This document shows positions 23,190-35,004 of a stretch of DNA of 50,444 bases, piece by piece. The stretch's first letter is position 1. Every line of letters starts with the position of its first letter. Source of the stretch: Chiloscyllium plagiosum (taxonomy: Eukaryota). The translations under genes and the position numbers were made by a program. Below the pieces are notes generated by a model, which saw nothing but the letters and a program-made list of their open reading frames with translations, had not been told where the DNA came from and made no database searches. Location of the stretch: NCBI RefSeq assembly GCF_004010195.1, contig NC_057718.1, positions 12,570,121-12,620,564 on the forward strand, written 5' to 3'.

Positions 23190-24435
23190 TTTCTGAAAGA
23201 AAAATCATGTTAAATCAAATTATTGACGCTCCTTGAGGAAGTGTTATGTGCTTCGGATAAAGGGGAACTAGTGGATGTGTTGTACTCAGATTCCCAGAGG
23301 CACTTAATAAAGTGACACATCAAAGTTCATTGTGGAAGATAGGAGCATATAGTGTATTGGGTAACAAATTGGCGTAGATAAAAGATTGGCTAGCTAACAG
23401 AAAACAAAGAATAGACACAAATGAATTAGGGTTACAATTGGCAAAATGTAATGGAATCAGTCCTGGAGCCTCAACGTGTTTTTACAATTTACATAAATGA
23501 TTTCAACAAAAGGACCAAAGGTATGGTTGTTAAATTTGCTGATGACACAAAGATAGGTAGGAAAGTAAGGTGTGAAAAGGACACAAGAAGACTATTAAAG
23601 TATATAGATCCTGGGCAAATGGACTATAATGTGGAAACATGTGAAATCATCCCTTTTGGCAGGAAGAATAAAAAGTAACATATTATCTCAATGGTGACAA
23701 AGTGCAAAGATCTGAGATGCAGAAGGATCTGAATATCCTAACGCAGGAATTACAAAAGATTAATGTACACATGGAGCTAGTAATTCAGAAAGCCAATAGA
23801 ACATTACCATTTGCTTCAAAGGGAATTGAAGACAAAAGTAAGGAGGTTACACTTCAATTGTACAGAACTCTGGTGAGACCATATTTAGAGTACAGTGTCT
23901 GTATTTAAGGAAGCGTGAAAATGAAATGGAAGCAATACAGAGAAGTTTTACCAGACTAATACCTGGAAAGGAGAAAGTGAGGACTGCAGATACTGGAGAT
24001 CAGAGCTGAAAAATGTGTTGCTGGAAAAGTTTGTTTCTACTAGCATCTAGAGGAGTAAGAGATGAATTTATTGAAACATTAAAAATCCTGAGAATTCTTG
24101 ACAGGGTAGATTTAGAAAGGATGTTTATTCTTTTGGGAAAATCTGGAATTGACGTCACTGTTTAAAATGACAGGGTCATCTATTTAAAACACAGATGAAG
24201 AGAAACGTTTTCTGAGAGAGGGTTGAGAATCTTTGGATCTTCTTCCTCAAATGTAATGGAAGAAAGGGTTTTTGAATATTTTTAGGGCAAACGTGAATGG
24301 CTTCATGTGAATGGCTATCAGGGGTAGGTGGAAATGTGGAATGGATGTTATAATCAGATCGGCCCATAATCTTAATGAATGGCACAACAGGTTTGAGACA
24401 CCAAGTGGCCTACTCCTGCTCCTAATTTGTATGTT
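23190..24435 (+). mobile_element. Decayed CR1 LINE (RT to 3' end) with a PLE terminal-repeat fragment at about 23970-24030
   Basis: FTIYINDF...KFADDTKIG; LQLYRTLVRPYLEY; CR1 3' UTR. Confidence 0.88.
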
Positions 24436-24999
24436 CATTTCTACTGTGTTCTTTTTTTTTGACCAAACTGTTGTGCACTTAGAATGTATCTTGGTCAAAA
24501 TGATTCAGAACAAGGTTTAACTTTCTGCTGATTCAAGTCAGATGATGGACTGATCTGAATCCTGTTTGTGGTTTGGATCCTTCCATTAAGAAACACGCCC
24601 ACCTTGCTCACACCCACTCCTTTACTTGGCTACTATTGGTTGAGTGATTATAATCAAGGACGCGCAAGAGGGTTTGGAGATGCTTACAGAAGTAGGGAGG
24701 AGTTATGGCTTTGGAAGAGTTTAAAGGTAAGAAATTTGAACAGGTGGAGGTATCCTTCCTGCCTGGAGGTGTTGTTCCCAGATCGACCCGATGAATCCCA
24801 GCAGACATCCAGCTGTTGGATTCCCTCACAAAAATAGATCTAGATGGTCATTAATCTGAGAGTGATGGATTGTCATTGAATTCAGGGCTGCCTGCATAGT
24901 CTCAACAAAACTCTGGCACAAAACACAGGACAAATCCATCCTGACAGTTACCATTCTTATCCCTGCACACTAAATCATCAATGTGATGCAAGTCATTGT

Positions 25000-25985
25000 C
25001 ATCACGATCAAGTGACAGTTCCTCAACAAAATCCCAGTCATGGATGTTCAGTTTGTATTCCACTAGGTCCACTCAGCTCCTTTCCTCACCACAATTTTGG
25101 TTCAAATGTAGATAAAAAAGCTGAACTCCAGAAGTGAGGAGTGACTGCCTTTGAAAGCAGCATTTGATGTGGATTGCATCAAGAAGCCCTAGAAAAAAAA
25201 TAATGCCAATGGGAATCAAGGGGGAAAATCCTCGTTGGTCAGCATCATAACCAGCACAAAGCAAGATATCTGTGGTCATACAGATCAAGCCCTGCAACCC
25301 CAGGACTTCACTACAGGAATGTAATAGGGTAGTACCCTATGTCTAACCATCTTCAATTTCTTCATTCTCCATTATTGGGTCAGAGTAGAGGATGTTAGCT
25401 GAATGCTTGCACAATGAACAGCTGTGATCATTCAGATATTGAAACAGTCTCCGTCCATATACAGCAAGATCTGGTCAACATTCAGGCTTGAGTTGACAAG
25501 TGGCAAATAACATTTATACCACACAAATATAAAGTAATAACTGTCTCTATTAAGACAGAACCTAACTATTGCTCTTTGGTGTTCAATGGCATTGCTATTA
25601 CTGAATATGGCACTATAATCAACTTGTCGTTACCACTGATCAGAAACCACCTGGACCGGCCATATAAATACTAGCAGGTAAGAGGCTGGGAATTCTGCAA
25701 TGAGTAATTCATCTCCTGTCTACAATTAATAAGGCATAATGAAATCAGGAAAGTGATAATTTTTCACTTGTCCGCATGCTGCAGCTTTAACAACAATCAA
25801 GATGCTCAATACTATCCAAGACAAACCAGCCTTATTGATTGGCACCCCCTCCACTACCTCAAACATTGACTGCTACCACCATTATGCAAGTCATAGCACT
25901 GTGTACCATCTTTAAGATTCACTACAACAACTCATCTGGGCTTCAACAACAGTACCTTCTCAACCTGCAAACCTCTGCCATGTGG
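25000..25985 (+). mobile_element. Old CR1-like LINE RT fragment
   Basis: Degenerate D(I)KAAFD..W, QQDLVNIQAW-like and gttgacaagtggcaaataacattt segments. Confidence 0.6.
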
Positions 25986-25999
25986 CTTGGTGGATGATT

Positions 26000-26285
26000 T
26001 AATAGGCTGAGCAGTGCACTCATCTGAGTCAGAAGGTCAAAGGTTCTGACAAGCCAACCATATAACTTGGCTGATGTTACCGTGCCAGACTGTGGAAGTG
26101 TGGCACTGTCGTGGGTGATGTCTCTTGGTCGAGATGTTAAACATAGTCTGGTGTTTAGGTGGATTAGTACTTGAAGCATTCTCCCAGTGAACATTCTTCT
26201 GTCAAGGGACACCAGCCAAATTAGCCAGCCATCTCACAGGCTGCTTGTGGAATCTTGCTCTTTGTGAGTTGACTGACATGGTTGC
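26000..26285 (+). mobile_element. DeuSINE remnant
   Basis: ctgagtcagaagg head; gagatgttaaac...aggtggat...tgcttgtggaatcttgct. Confidence 0.5.
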
Positions 26286-26961
26286 TGGACAAAATGAACA
26301 GAAATTTAACTATGCTTAAAAGTTGGCCCACTGTTTGCAAAAATTTGGAAAAGTACAAAGAGATAAATAGCTGACTTGTTCATTCCTAAGTGACATGGGT
26401 GGATAGCTTGTAAATGATCAATATCTGCACTCAGGAGCTTCCAGGGTGTTTAGAGATCAAAGCCAGAATTCTTTGTTTTGGGTCAGTACCTCATTGTTTA
26501 GAGTTCACTGTGTGTCCCAAACTCACGCAGTGTAAAGAAGCAAATCAACCAACATCGATTAATATCCAAGGGTTTTTAAAATCTCCTTTGGATTATAAAC
26601 ATGACAAGTAAGCTCTTGAAGCTGGTGTGTTCCATGCAGAAAGGGGTTGCAATGACCTAGTGGTATTATCTCTATACTATCAATTTAGAGATCCCAGTAA
26701 TGTTCTAGGCACCTGGTTTCAAAACCCACCAGAGCAGATAGTGGAATTTGAACTTAAGTTTTAGAAGCCCAATGATGACCATAAAACTTGTTATGATGTG
26801 GAGGAGCCAGTGTTGGACTGGGGTGGACAAAGTTAAAAATCACACAACACCAACAGGTTATATTCCAACAGGTTTATTTCAGAGTGCTGCTCCTTCATCA
26901 GGTGGTTGTGAAGCAGGACATAAGACACAGAATTTATAGCAAAAGATCACAGTGTCATGCA

Positions 26962-27255
26962 GTGGGGTGGCACAGTGGTTAGCACTGCTGCCTCACAGCA
27001 CCAGGGACCCGGGTTCAATTCCCACCTCAGCAACTATCTGTGTGGAGTTTGCACATTCTCCCTGTGTCTGCGTGGGTTTCCTCCCACAGTCAAAAGATGT
27101 GCAGGTCAGGTGAATTGGTCGTGCTAAATTGCCCGTAATGTTAGGTGCATTAGTCTGTGGGGAATGGGTCTGGGTGGGTTACTCTTCAGAGGATTGGTGT
27201 GGCTTTGTTGGGCTGAAGGGCCTGTTTCCATGCTGTAGGTAATCTAATCTAATCA
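26962..27255 (+). mobile_element. HE1-type V-SINE nested in the PLE left arm
   Basis: ggtggcacagtggttagcactgctgcctcacagcaccagggacccgggttcaattccc...(tctaa)n tail. Confidence 0.92.
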
Positions 27256-27577
27256 AACTGAGATGACATGTTGAACAAACCTAGATTTTTTTTAAGTCTT
27301 TCATTTTTCTTTTAAGTCACATTCTTGAGATAACTTAAGGCTTTATAAAAAAAAGTGGCATCTCAGTTTAGACAATGCATTAAAGGTGTGAGATTAGCAT
27401 CTGTCTCTATCCCAATCTTGAGTCAGACTGGTTCTATTTCCAAAGTGGAATTTACAAAATATTACATGGATTGACTGCCTGCAGACTGTGCATTTTTGAG
27501 CAAAATAGAATGTACCTGCAAATATAATTCTGCAAATACAAATTCACCCCATAGACCTATGTGTGTGTGCGTGTGCA

Positions 27578-27578
27578 T

Positions 27579-27620
<42 letters not shown>
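27578..27620 (+). repeat. (GA)n microsatellite within the PLE 3' region
   Basis: Direct inspection. Confidence 0.95.
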
Positions 27621-27623
<3 letters not shown>

Positions 27624-28787
27624 TGAGTATGTGCATGTGAATGTGTGCATATGGGTGTGAGTTCACGTGAGAGAGTGTGTGTTTGCGTGTTTGCAAGCTT
27701 GGTAAAGTGTGTGTGTGAGTGTGATGGTGTATAAGCCTGTGAGAGGGTGTGTGCGTGGGTGTGAGTGTGAGGGGTGTATGAGAGAGAACGTGTGAATGAG
27801 AGACGGTCTGCGTGAGTGTGTGAGTATGTAAGAGTTTGTGTGTTTGTAGTGTGACATGAACCCAAGGTTTCGATTGAGATCATCCTCATGGGTACCGAAC
27901 TTGGCTATCAGCCTCAGCTTGGTCACTTTGTGTTGTTGCCTATCCCGAAGTCCGCCTTGGAGGATGGTCACCTGAAGATCCGAGGTCAAATGTCCCTGCG
28001 GTCAGATCTTCAGGTGACCATACTCCAAGGCGGACTTCGGAATAGGCAACAACGCAGGGCTGCCAAGCAGAGGCTGATAGCCAAGGTTGGTACCCAAGAG
28101 AATGGCCTCAACAGGGACGTTTGGTTCATGTCACAGTATGGTGACCTGAGGGGACCCCACTACACTATACACTCTCTCTTACACACACACTCTTAAATAC
28201 TCACACACTCATGCAGATCCTCTCTCATATATACACTCTCTCATACACACACACACATAGAACCCCCACACTCACATCCACGCACACACCCTCTCACGCT
28301 GTTATACTCTATCACACTCGCACTTTACCAAGCTTGCGCACATTCACAAACACACACTCTCTCACGTGCACTCACACTCACATGCACACACTCTCTCTCA
28401 TGCACACGCACACACACATAAGTCTATCGAGTGAATTTGTATTTGCAGAATTATATTTGGAGATGTATTCTATTTTGCTCAAAAAAATGCACAATCTGCA
28501 GGCAGTCAATCCATGTAATATTTTGTATATTCAGCTTTGAAAATAGAACCAGTCTCACTCAAGATTGGGATAGACAGACTCTAATCTCACACCTTTAATG
28601 CATTGTCTGAGCTGAGGTGTCACTTTTATTTTATAAAATCTTAAATTATCGAGAATGTGATTTTAAAGAAATTCTGCGATTTACATATTAATGAAACGAA
28701 ACCTGCAACCCATTCAAAATGATGAAAGACTTAACAACAATCTAGGTTTGCCCCAATATATCATTTGAGTTGCATGACACTGTAATC

Positions 28788-30582
28788 TTTGTGTGGAGCC
28801 GCAGGAGATGGGGGAGATACTAAACAAGTATTTGCATCAGTGTTTACTGTGGAAAAGGATGTGGAAGGTATAGAATTTATGGAAATAGATGATGGTATCT
28901 TGAAAAATGACCATATCACAGAGGAGGAAGTGCTTAATGTCTTGAAATCCATGTAAGTGGACAAATCCCCAGAACCTGATCAGGTATACCTAAAACTCTG
29001 TGGGAAGTTAGGGAAGTAATTGCTGGGCCACTTGCTGAGATACTCGTATCATTGATAGTCACAGGTGAGGTGCCGGAAGACTGGAGATTGGCTAACATGG
29101 TGCCACTGTTTAAGAAGGGTGGTAAGGACAAGCCAGGGAACTATAGACCAGTGAGCCTGACGTTGTTGGAGGGAATCCTGAGGGACACGATGTAGATGCA
29201 TTTGGAAAGGCAAGGACTGATTAGGGATTGTCAACACGGCTTTGTGTGTGGGAAATCATGTCTCAAAAACTTGATTGAGTTTTTTGAAGAAGTAACAAAG
29301 AGGTTTGATGAGGGTAGAGCAGTGGATGTGATCTTATATACACTTCAGTAAGGCGTTTGACAAGGTTCCCCATGGGAGACTGGTTAGCAAGGTTGGATCT
29401 CGAGGAATACAGGGAGAACTTAGTCATTTGGATACAGAACTGGCTCAAAGGTAGAAGACAGAGGATGGCGGTGGAGGGTTGTATTTCAGACTGGAAGCCT
29501 GTGACCAGTGGAGTGCCACAAGGATCGGTGCTGGGTCCACTACTTTTTGTCATTTATATAAATGATTTGAATGTGAGCATAAGAGGTACAGTTAGTAAGT
29601 TTGCAGATGACACCAAAATTGGAGGTGTCGTGGTCAGCGAAGAAGGTTACCTCAGACTACAAAGGGCTCTTGATCAGACTGGCCAATGGGCTGAGAAGTG
29701 GCAGATGGAGTTTAACTTAGATAAATGTGAGGTGCTGCATTTTGGGAAAGCAAATCTTAGCAGGACATATACACTTAATGGTAAGAATGTTGTTGAACAA
29801 AGAGACCTTGGAGTGCAGGTTCATAGCTCCTTGAAAGTGGAGTCACAAGTAGATAAAATAGTGAAGAAGGCGTTTGGTATGCTTTCTTTTATTGGTCAGA
29901 GTATTGAGTTCAAGAGTTGGGAGGTCATGTTGTGGCTGTACAAGACATTGTTCAGCCACTTTTGGGATATTGCGTGCAATTCTTGTCTCCTTCCTATCGA
30001 AAAGATAGTGAAACTTGAAAGGGTTCAGAAACGATTTACAATGCTGCTAGGGTTGGAGGATTTGAGCTATTGGAATACTGCATTTAGTTCTGGTCTCCCT
30101 ACTATAGGAAAGATGCTGTGAAACCTAAAAGGGTTCAGGAAAGATTTACAAGCATGTTGCCGGGGTTAGGTATGTTGAACTATAGGGAAAGGCTGAATAG
30201 GCTGGGACTGTTTTCCCTGGAGCGTCAGGAGACTGAGGGGTGACCTTATAGAGGTTTATAAAATCATGAGGGGCATGGAATGGGGGAGTCCAGAACTAGA
30301 GGGCATAGGTTTAGCATGAGAGGGGAAAGATATAAAAGAGACTTGAGGGGCAATTTTTTCACACAGAGAGTGGATGTATGGAATGAGCTTCCAGAGAAAG
30401 TGGTGGAGGCTAGTATGATTGCAACATTTAAAAGGCATCTGGACAAGTATAAGAATTGGAAGGGTTTAGAGGGATATGGTCTGGATTCTGGCAGGTGAGA
30501 CTAGATTGGTTTGGGATATCTGGTCGGCATGGACGAGTTGGACCGAAGGGTCTGTTTCTGTGCTGTACATCTCTATGACTGC
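28788..30582 (+). mobile_element. CR1 LINE, 5'-truncated (RT), nested in the PLE right arm
   Basis: ORF 29357-30121 contains VTSGVPQGSVLGPLLFVIYINDL...SKFADDTKIGG...WAEKWQMEFN; CR1 3' UTR present. Confidence 0.95.
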
Positions 30583-30802
30583 AGGGTGGTGGGCATTTGG
30601 AAAGCGTTGCCAGCAGAGGTGGTAGAGGCAGGCACAGTAGATTCATTTAAGATGCGTCTGGATAAATGCATGAGTAGGTGGGGAGCAGAGGGATACAGAT
30701 GCTTAGGAATTGACCGACAGGTTTAGATAGTACAGTTGGATCGGCTCAGGCTTGGAGGGCCAAAGGGTCTGTTCCTGGGCTGTAAAGTTTCTTTGTTCTT
30801 TG
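30583..30802 (+). mobile_element. 3' end of a second CR1 subfamily inserted in the tail of the previous CR1
   Basis: RVVGIWKALPAEVVEAGTVDSFKMRLD followed by its own (ttctttg)n tail. Confidence 0.8.
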
Positions 30803-30838
30803 ACTCTAAGTTCTGTGTCTTATGGTCCTCTTCACAAC

Positions 30839-30873
30839 CACCTGATGAAGGAGCAGCGCTCCGAAAGCTAGTG
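30839..30873 (+). ncRNA. Minimal type-I hammerhead ribozyme (best-preserved copy)
   Basis: CAC-CTGATGA(30842-30848)-a-GGAGC-agc-GCTCC-GAAA(30863-30866)-gc-TA-GTG: helix I CAC/GTG, 5-bp helix II, palindromic AGCT helix III, predicted cleavage after A30870. Confidence 0.8.
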
Positions 30874-31399
30874 CTTCCAAAATAAACCTGTTGGACTATC
30901 ACCTGGTGTTGTGTGACTTATAAAAAATTGTTAACAGTCGGCGGGGGAGGGGAGGGGGAAACAGCCATCTGGTTCACTAATGTCCTTTAGAGATGGGAAT
31001 CTGCCATCCTTATCTGGTCTGACCTACCTGTGATTCCAGACCCACAGCAATGTGGTTGCCCTTTGGGCAATTAGGGATGGGCATTAAATGCTGATTTAGT
31101 CAGTGATGTCAACATCCCGTAAATATATTTTAAAAAGTGCTGTGGTATGAAGTTGAGGTCAGAGAGAAAGGTGAGGGGGTGGGGGGGCGGATGTTGGGTG
31201 AAGGCTCCATTTTGATTTTACTCCTTTCTTTTAACAAGCATTTGCATATATCCACTTAAACAGTCACAGCTACCAGGCGAAAAAGGAAATCCATGTCCCA
31301 TTGCAGTTGAGGATGGCCTATGCACCAGGAGGCTTCCTCCATGGCAGTCAGCAGTGTTGGCAGCACCCTCCTGTGAAAGAATTCCAATCAATCCCAAAT

Positions 31400-32260
31400 C
31401 GATCAGTTCAGAGATTTTATGACACCTTTATGTGGAGCAGGTGTGATTGAGGCCGGATCACCTGGCACAGAGGCAGGGACGCTACCACCGCGTCACAGGA
31501 TTTGTATGCGACGAATGTGACCTTTTCGGTGACCCCCCGCAGACTAACCGTCACTGGCTGTTGGCCTGACCTTTCTCTGTTAAAAGTTGTTCCCCACCAA
31601 GTGATGAGGGAGGCGATGGTTGAAACAGAAAATGGTTGAAAAACAACAGGCCGCGCCTCGAGCACCCTCGGGGAAAAAGAAAGCTGCACCGAGGAGATGG
31701 AGAGAATGGCAGAAAGGTGGTTGGAAAACAAATTCGCAGACAAAGGTTCGCCTGTTTCGCACACGGAATTAATCTTGGTTTTATGTTCGAAGACCCTCAC
31801 AGCGACTAAAACCCCAATTAAGGCAATTGTTAACGAGCGATAAGGGAGGGCGGCAGCAGGAACGAAAATATGGCCGGCTGGCATTTTTCAGGATAACAAA
31901 ACCCAACAGTCCATATGCAGTGTTAGTTATATCTGAAGTAGGTTACATTCCACACACACACACCCCCCACACACCCCCATCACACTCACTCAATGCCTTC
32001 AGCACATCTGTCACTTCAGAAGTGTCTGGTGTGACTGCAGCACTCGCTTTGCAGCATGAAAGACAAAACAAAAAGAGGGGAAGGGGGTGGGAAAGAGGAG
32101 GAGGCTGCAGAGGAGGAGAGATTAATCCTTTGCAGAGCGTTTACGGGCCCAATAATCGATTATCTGGCTATGCGGGCAGCCCAGCAGCGTGTATGTCTCT
32201 CTCTCTCTGCTGCTTCACCCCACAGAGATTGAACTGATACTTGTCATATGCTCAGTGCAA
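31400..32260. promoter_or_regulatory. CpG-enriched unique island, candidate promoter or enhancer
   Basis: Visibly more CpG than the flanks; GATTAATCC 32120-32128; CCAATAATCGATTA 32149-32162; YY1-like AAAATATGGCCG near 31865. Confidence 0.45.
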
Positions 32261-32479
32261 ACTTTGGTTTGACTTCTCCCTCAGCAGTGGTCACACAACC
32301 TGTCATATGGAAGGTGACTGGTCAAGCTGCCAGCAGGTTGGGAAGCCTCTGACCTCAACGGCAAAGCCCAATAAAGTAGAGCTGGCGGTTTCAGGAGTGA
32401 AATTAGGAAAAGCTTCTCCAGGCACACATAACGTAGTGGTTTGCATCTCTCCTCTGTGAACAGCAATTAACCTCGGATG

Positions 32480-32800
32480 GTGGAAATCTGAAACAAAAAC
32501 AGAAGCTGCTGGAGAAACTCAGCAAGTCTGGCAGCATCTTTGGAGAGAAAACGGAGTTACTGTTTCAAGTCCAGTGACCTTATTTCAGAGCTGATGAAAC
32601 TGACAGTTAGCATTAACTCTGCTTTTCTGGCAGAGTCTGCAGTTCTTTGTTTTATTACACTGATGTTAATTGCTGTTTGCAGAAGAGAGTTCCAAACCTG
32701 TACTCTCTGTGTGTAGAAGCATTTCTTATTTTCAGATGATCTGTCAGTTCTGAAGAAAGGTCACTGCAATTAACATCAGGTTGCTTGTTCATTTCAAATC
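32480..32800. mobile_element. Old PLE-type terminal repeat fragments, inverted
   Basis: ctgctggagaaactcagcaagtctggcagcatc...; residual CTGATGA (about 32591) and CTGAAGAaaggtcac (about 32750). Confidence 0.6.
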
Positions 32801-33894
32801 TGAGATTGATTTTTTTTTGCCAACCAAGGATAATAGGCAAAACACAGCTATCTAAGATGCACACATTTTAAGATTCAGAGGAGGAGGAATTTCTTCTTCT
32901 AGAGTATACTGAATTTGTGCACTTTTTTACAGCAAAGAGCCAACAAGGCCAGACAAGTTTCTTCTGAGTTTCTTATTGGATTTATAACTCTGCTCTTATG
33001 GTTCTTGGTTTTTGTCTCTCTACTGGTGGAAAAATATTAGTTTTAAGCAAGATCTAAATGATATTTGGAAATGTTAAGAAATAAAAAAAACTCAAGATTT
33101 CCTTAATCTTGATATTCCCAACGATTTCCAGATTTCACAGGGTTAAACATAGTTCAGCTCAAGAGCTGCTCCTGATCGATCTTTGGTTCCTCAGTGAATG
33201 ATAGACACACTGTGGTAGAATGGGGCAATAGGGTCATATAGGTGCTGGTCAAAGGGGGAGGGAGGGTAGGGGGAGATGAGGGGGTTGTTGTACTCTCTTG
33301 GCAATAGCATTGATTTCTTAAGATGCGCAAACTATGGAAATTTGTGGGTAAAGTATTTGGAATAATAATTCTGTTCTGCTGTTTGGATTCCACAGTGTCA
33401 GTTTAGTACATTTTGTTTTTCTGGTGCATGTGAGGTCCAGCTGCAGTGGAATTTTTTGTTTGCTCCTCTACTGAAGCACTCTGCTGAAAGCCCCTGTTGA
33501 GATGAATAGCATAAAGGCAGAAAATCCCACATTGAAGCAGGAAATTCATAGTCCACCAGTTAACTTTGGTAAAGGCAAAATCAGGGCATAGGTCTGGATT
33601 TACATTCCCAAATTGATTTCACCACCCTGTACATGCACACAATTCCCCACACACCCATTTCCGTGCCTATCAAAAATTTGCCATGATGATGTCAGGTTGG
33701 TGAGTTACTGATTATATAGAAGGCACATGAGTATAAAATCTGACATCTTAAAATATTTAACAAGTAATGAATCTTGTTAACAACCTAATCATCCACCATA
33801 TTTTGTTGCCCATGACATTTTTCAGCTGTCAGATATTTTAAAATAAAGTTTGCAATTCTTATGTCAACTTCCACGATACGGTACAAATGCAGAT

Positions 33895-34245
33895 GGAATG
33901 GTGCTTCAAGCCTGGTCCACCATTTAATATGATCGTGGCTGATCATCCAACTCAGTATCCTGTTCCCTCTTTCTCCCCACATCCATTTATCCCTTTGTCC
34001 CTAAGAACTATATCTAACTCTTTCTTGAAAACATTCAGTGTTTGGCCTCAACCACTTTTTGTGACAGAGGACTCCACAGACTCACCACTCTTTGGATGAA
34101 GGTATTTTTCCTCATTTCAGTCCTAAATGACCCACCCTATATCCTTAGAGTGTGACCCCAGTTCTGGTTTCCCTGATCATTGGAAAGGTCCTTCCTGCCC
34201 TGTCTAGTCCTGTTAGAATTTTTAGATTTCTATGAGATCCACCCA
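33895..34245 (-). mobile_element. CR1 3' end
   Basis: The reverse complement gives the CR1 3' UTR (gttggatgatcagccacgatcatattaaatggtgg). Confidence 0.8.
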
Positions 34246-34299
34246 GGATCATACAGGCAGATGAGTGGTCAAGGTTGTTGGGCAAGCTGCTCTTAACGT

Positions 34300-34980
34300 T
34301 TTATTTTTGTGCTTCCAAGAAATGGTCAGAAATTGGGATATTTGCCGATGACCACAGAATGTTCTGTACCATTCAGGTACCCATCAGGTACCGAGGATTT
34401 TCGTACCCATATTCAACAAGACCTGGACAACATCGAGACTTGGGTTCAAAATTGGCAAGTAATATTCGTGTGACAGAATTACCACACAATGACAATCTCC
34501 ATCAAGAGAGAATCTAACCATTACCTCTTGGCATTCAATGGCCTCATTGTCAATAATCTCCCACTATCAGTATCCTGGAGGTTACCACTGACCAGAGACT
34601 GAACTGGACTAACCACGTAAATACTGAAGCTACAAGAGCTGGTCAAAAGCGAGGAATTTTGTAGTGGATAACTCACTTCTTCGACTCCCCAAAATCTGTG
34701 CACCATCCACAAGGTACAAGTTTAATGGAATGCTTCCCACTTGTCTGGATGAGTACAGTTCCAAAAACACTGCAGAGGGTTGACACCATCCAGTTGAGGC
34801 CAAAACATTGTATGATTTCAAGAAGGGGTTAGATATAGCACTCTGGGGCTAACGGGATGAAAGGAAATGAAGGAAAAGTGACAATAGGTATTTGAGTTGG
34901 ATGATCAGCTAAGATCATAATAAATGTCAGACCAGGCTAAAAGGCCAAATGTCCTATTCCTGTTCTTATTTTCCATGTTT
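34300..34980 (+). mobile_element. Old CR1-like RT fragment (34300-34800) joined to a CR1 3' UTR (34800-34980)
   Basis: GIFADD motif; QQDLDNI..W segment; 3' UTR. Confidence 0.7.
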
Positions 34981-35004
34981 CCGGGCTTATTGTCTCTGCT
35001 CACA

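Larger units (their letters stand above)
26794..30920. mobile_element. PLE inverted-repeat insertion: minus arm 26794-27997, plus arm 27998-28790 and 30808-30920
   Basis: Both arms encode the GIY-YIG C-terminus (DLQVTILQGGLR.RQQ...RLIAK.GT.E..LNR), followed by a CA-rich tract and a hammerhead-bearing terminal repeat. Confidence 0.9.
26645..31130 (+). mobile_element. Old tRNA-headed SINE split into 26645-26793 and about 30925-31130 by the PLE palindrome
   Basis: The head (ctagtggtatt...ggtttcaaaacccacc...gtggaatttgaa) resumes after the insert at ccatctggttcactaatgtcctttag...gggcaattagggatgggc. Confidence 0.6.

Noticed and set aside
27557..28540. His/Thr-rich ORFs
   Set aside because: Translations of the CA-rich PLE 3' tract.
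31417..32237. 155-aa and 136-aa ORFs in the CpG-rich island
   Set aside because: No recognisable domain, low-complexity content and no convincing splice structure; expected by chance in GC-richer DNA.
30940..33285. G-run clusters (about 30940, 31175, 33253) as G-quadruplex candidates
   Set aside because: Common low-complexity features with no supporting context.
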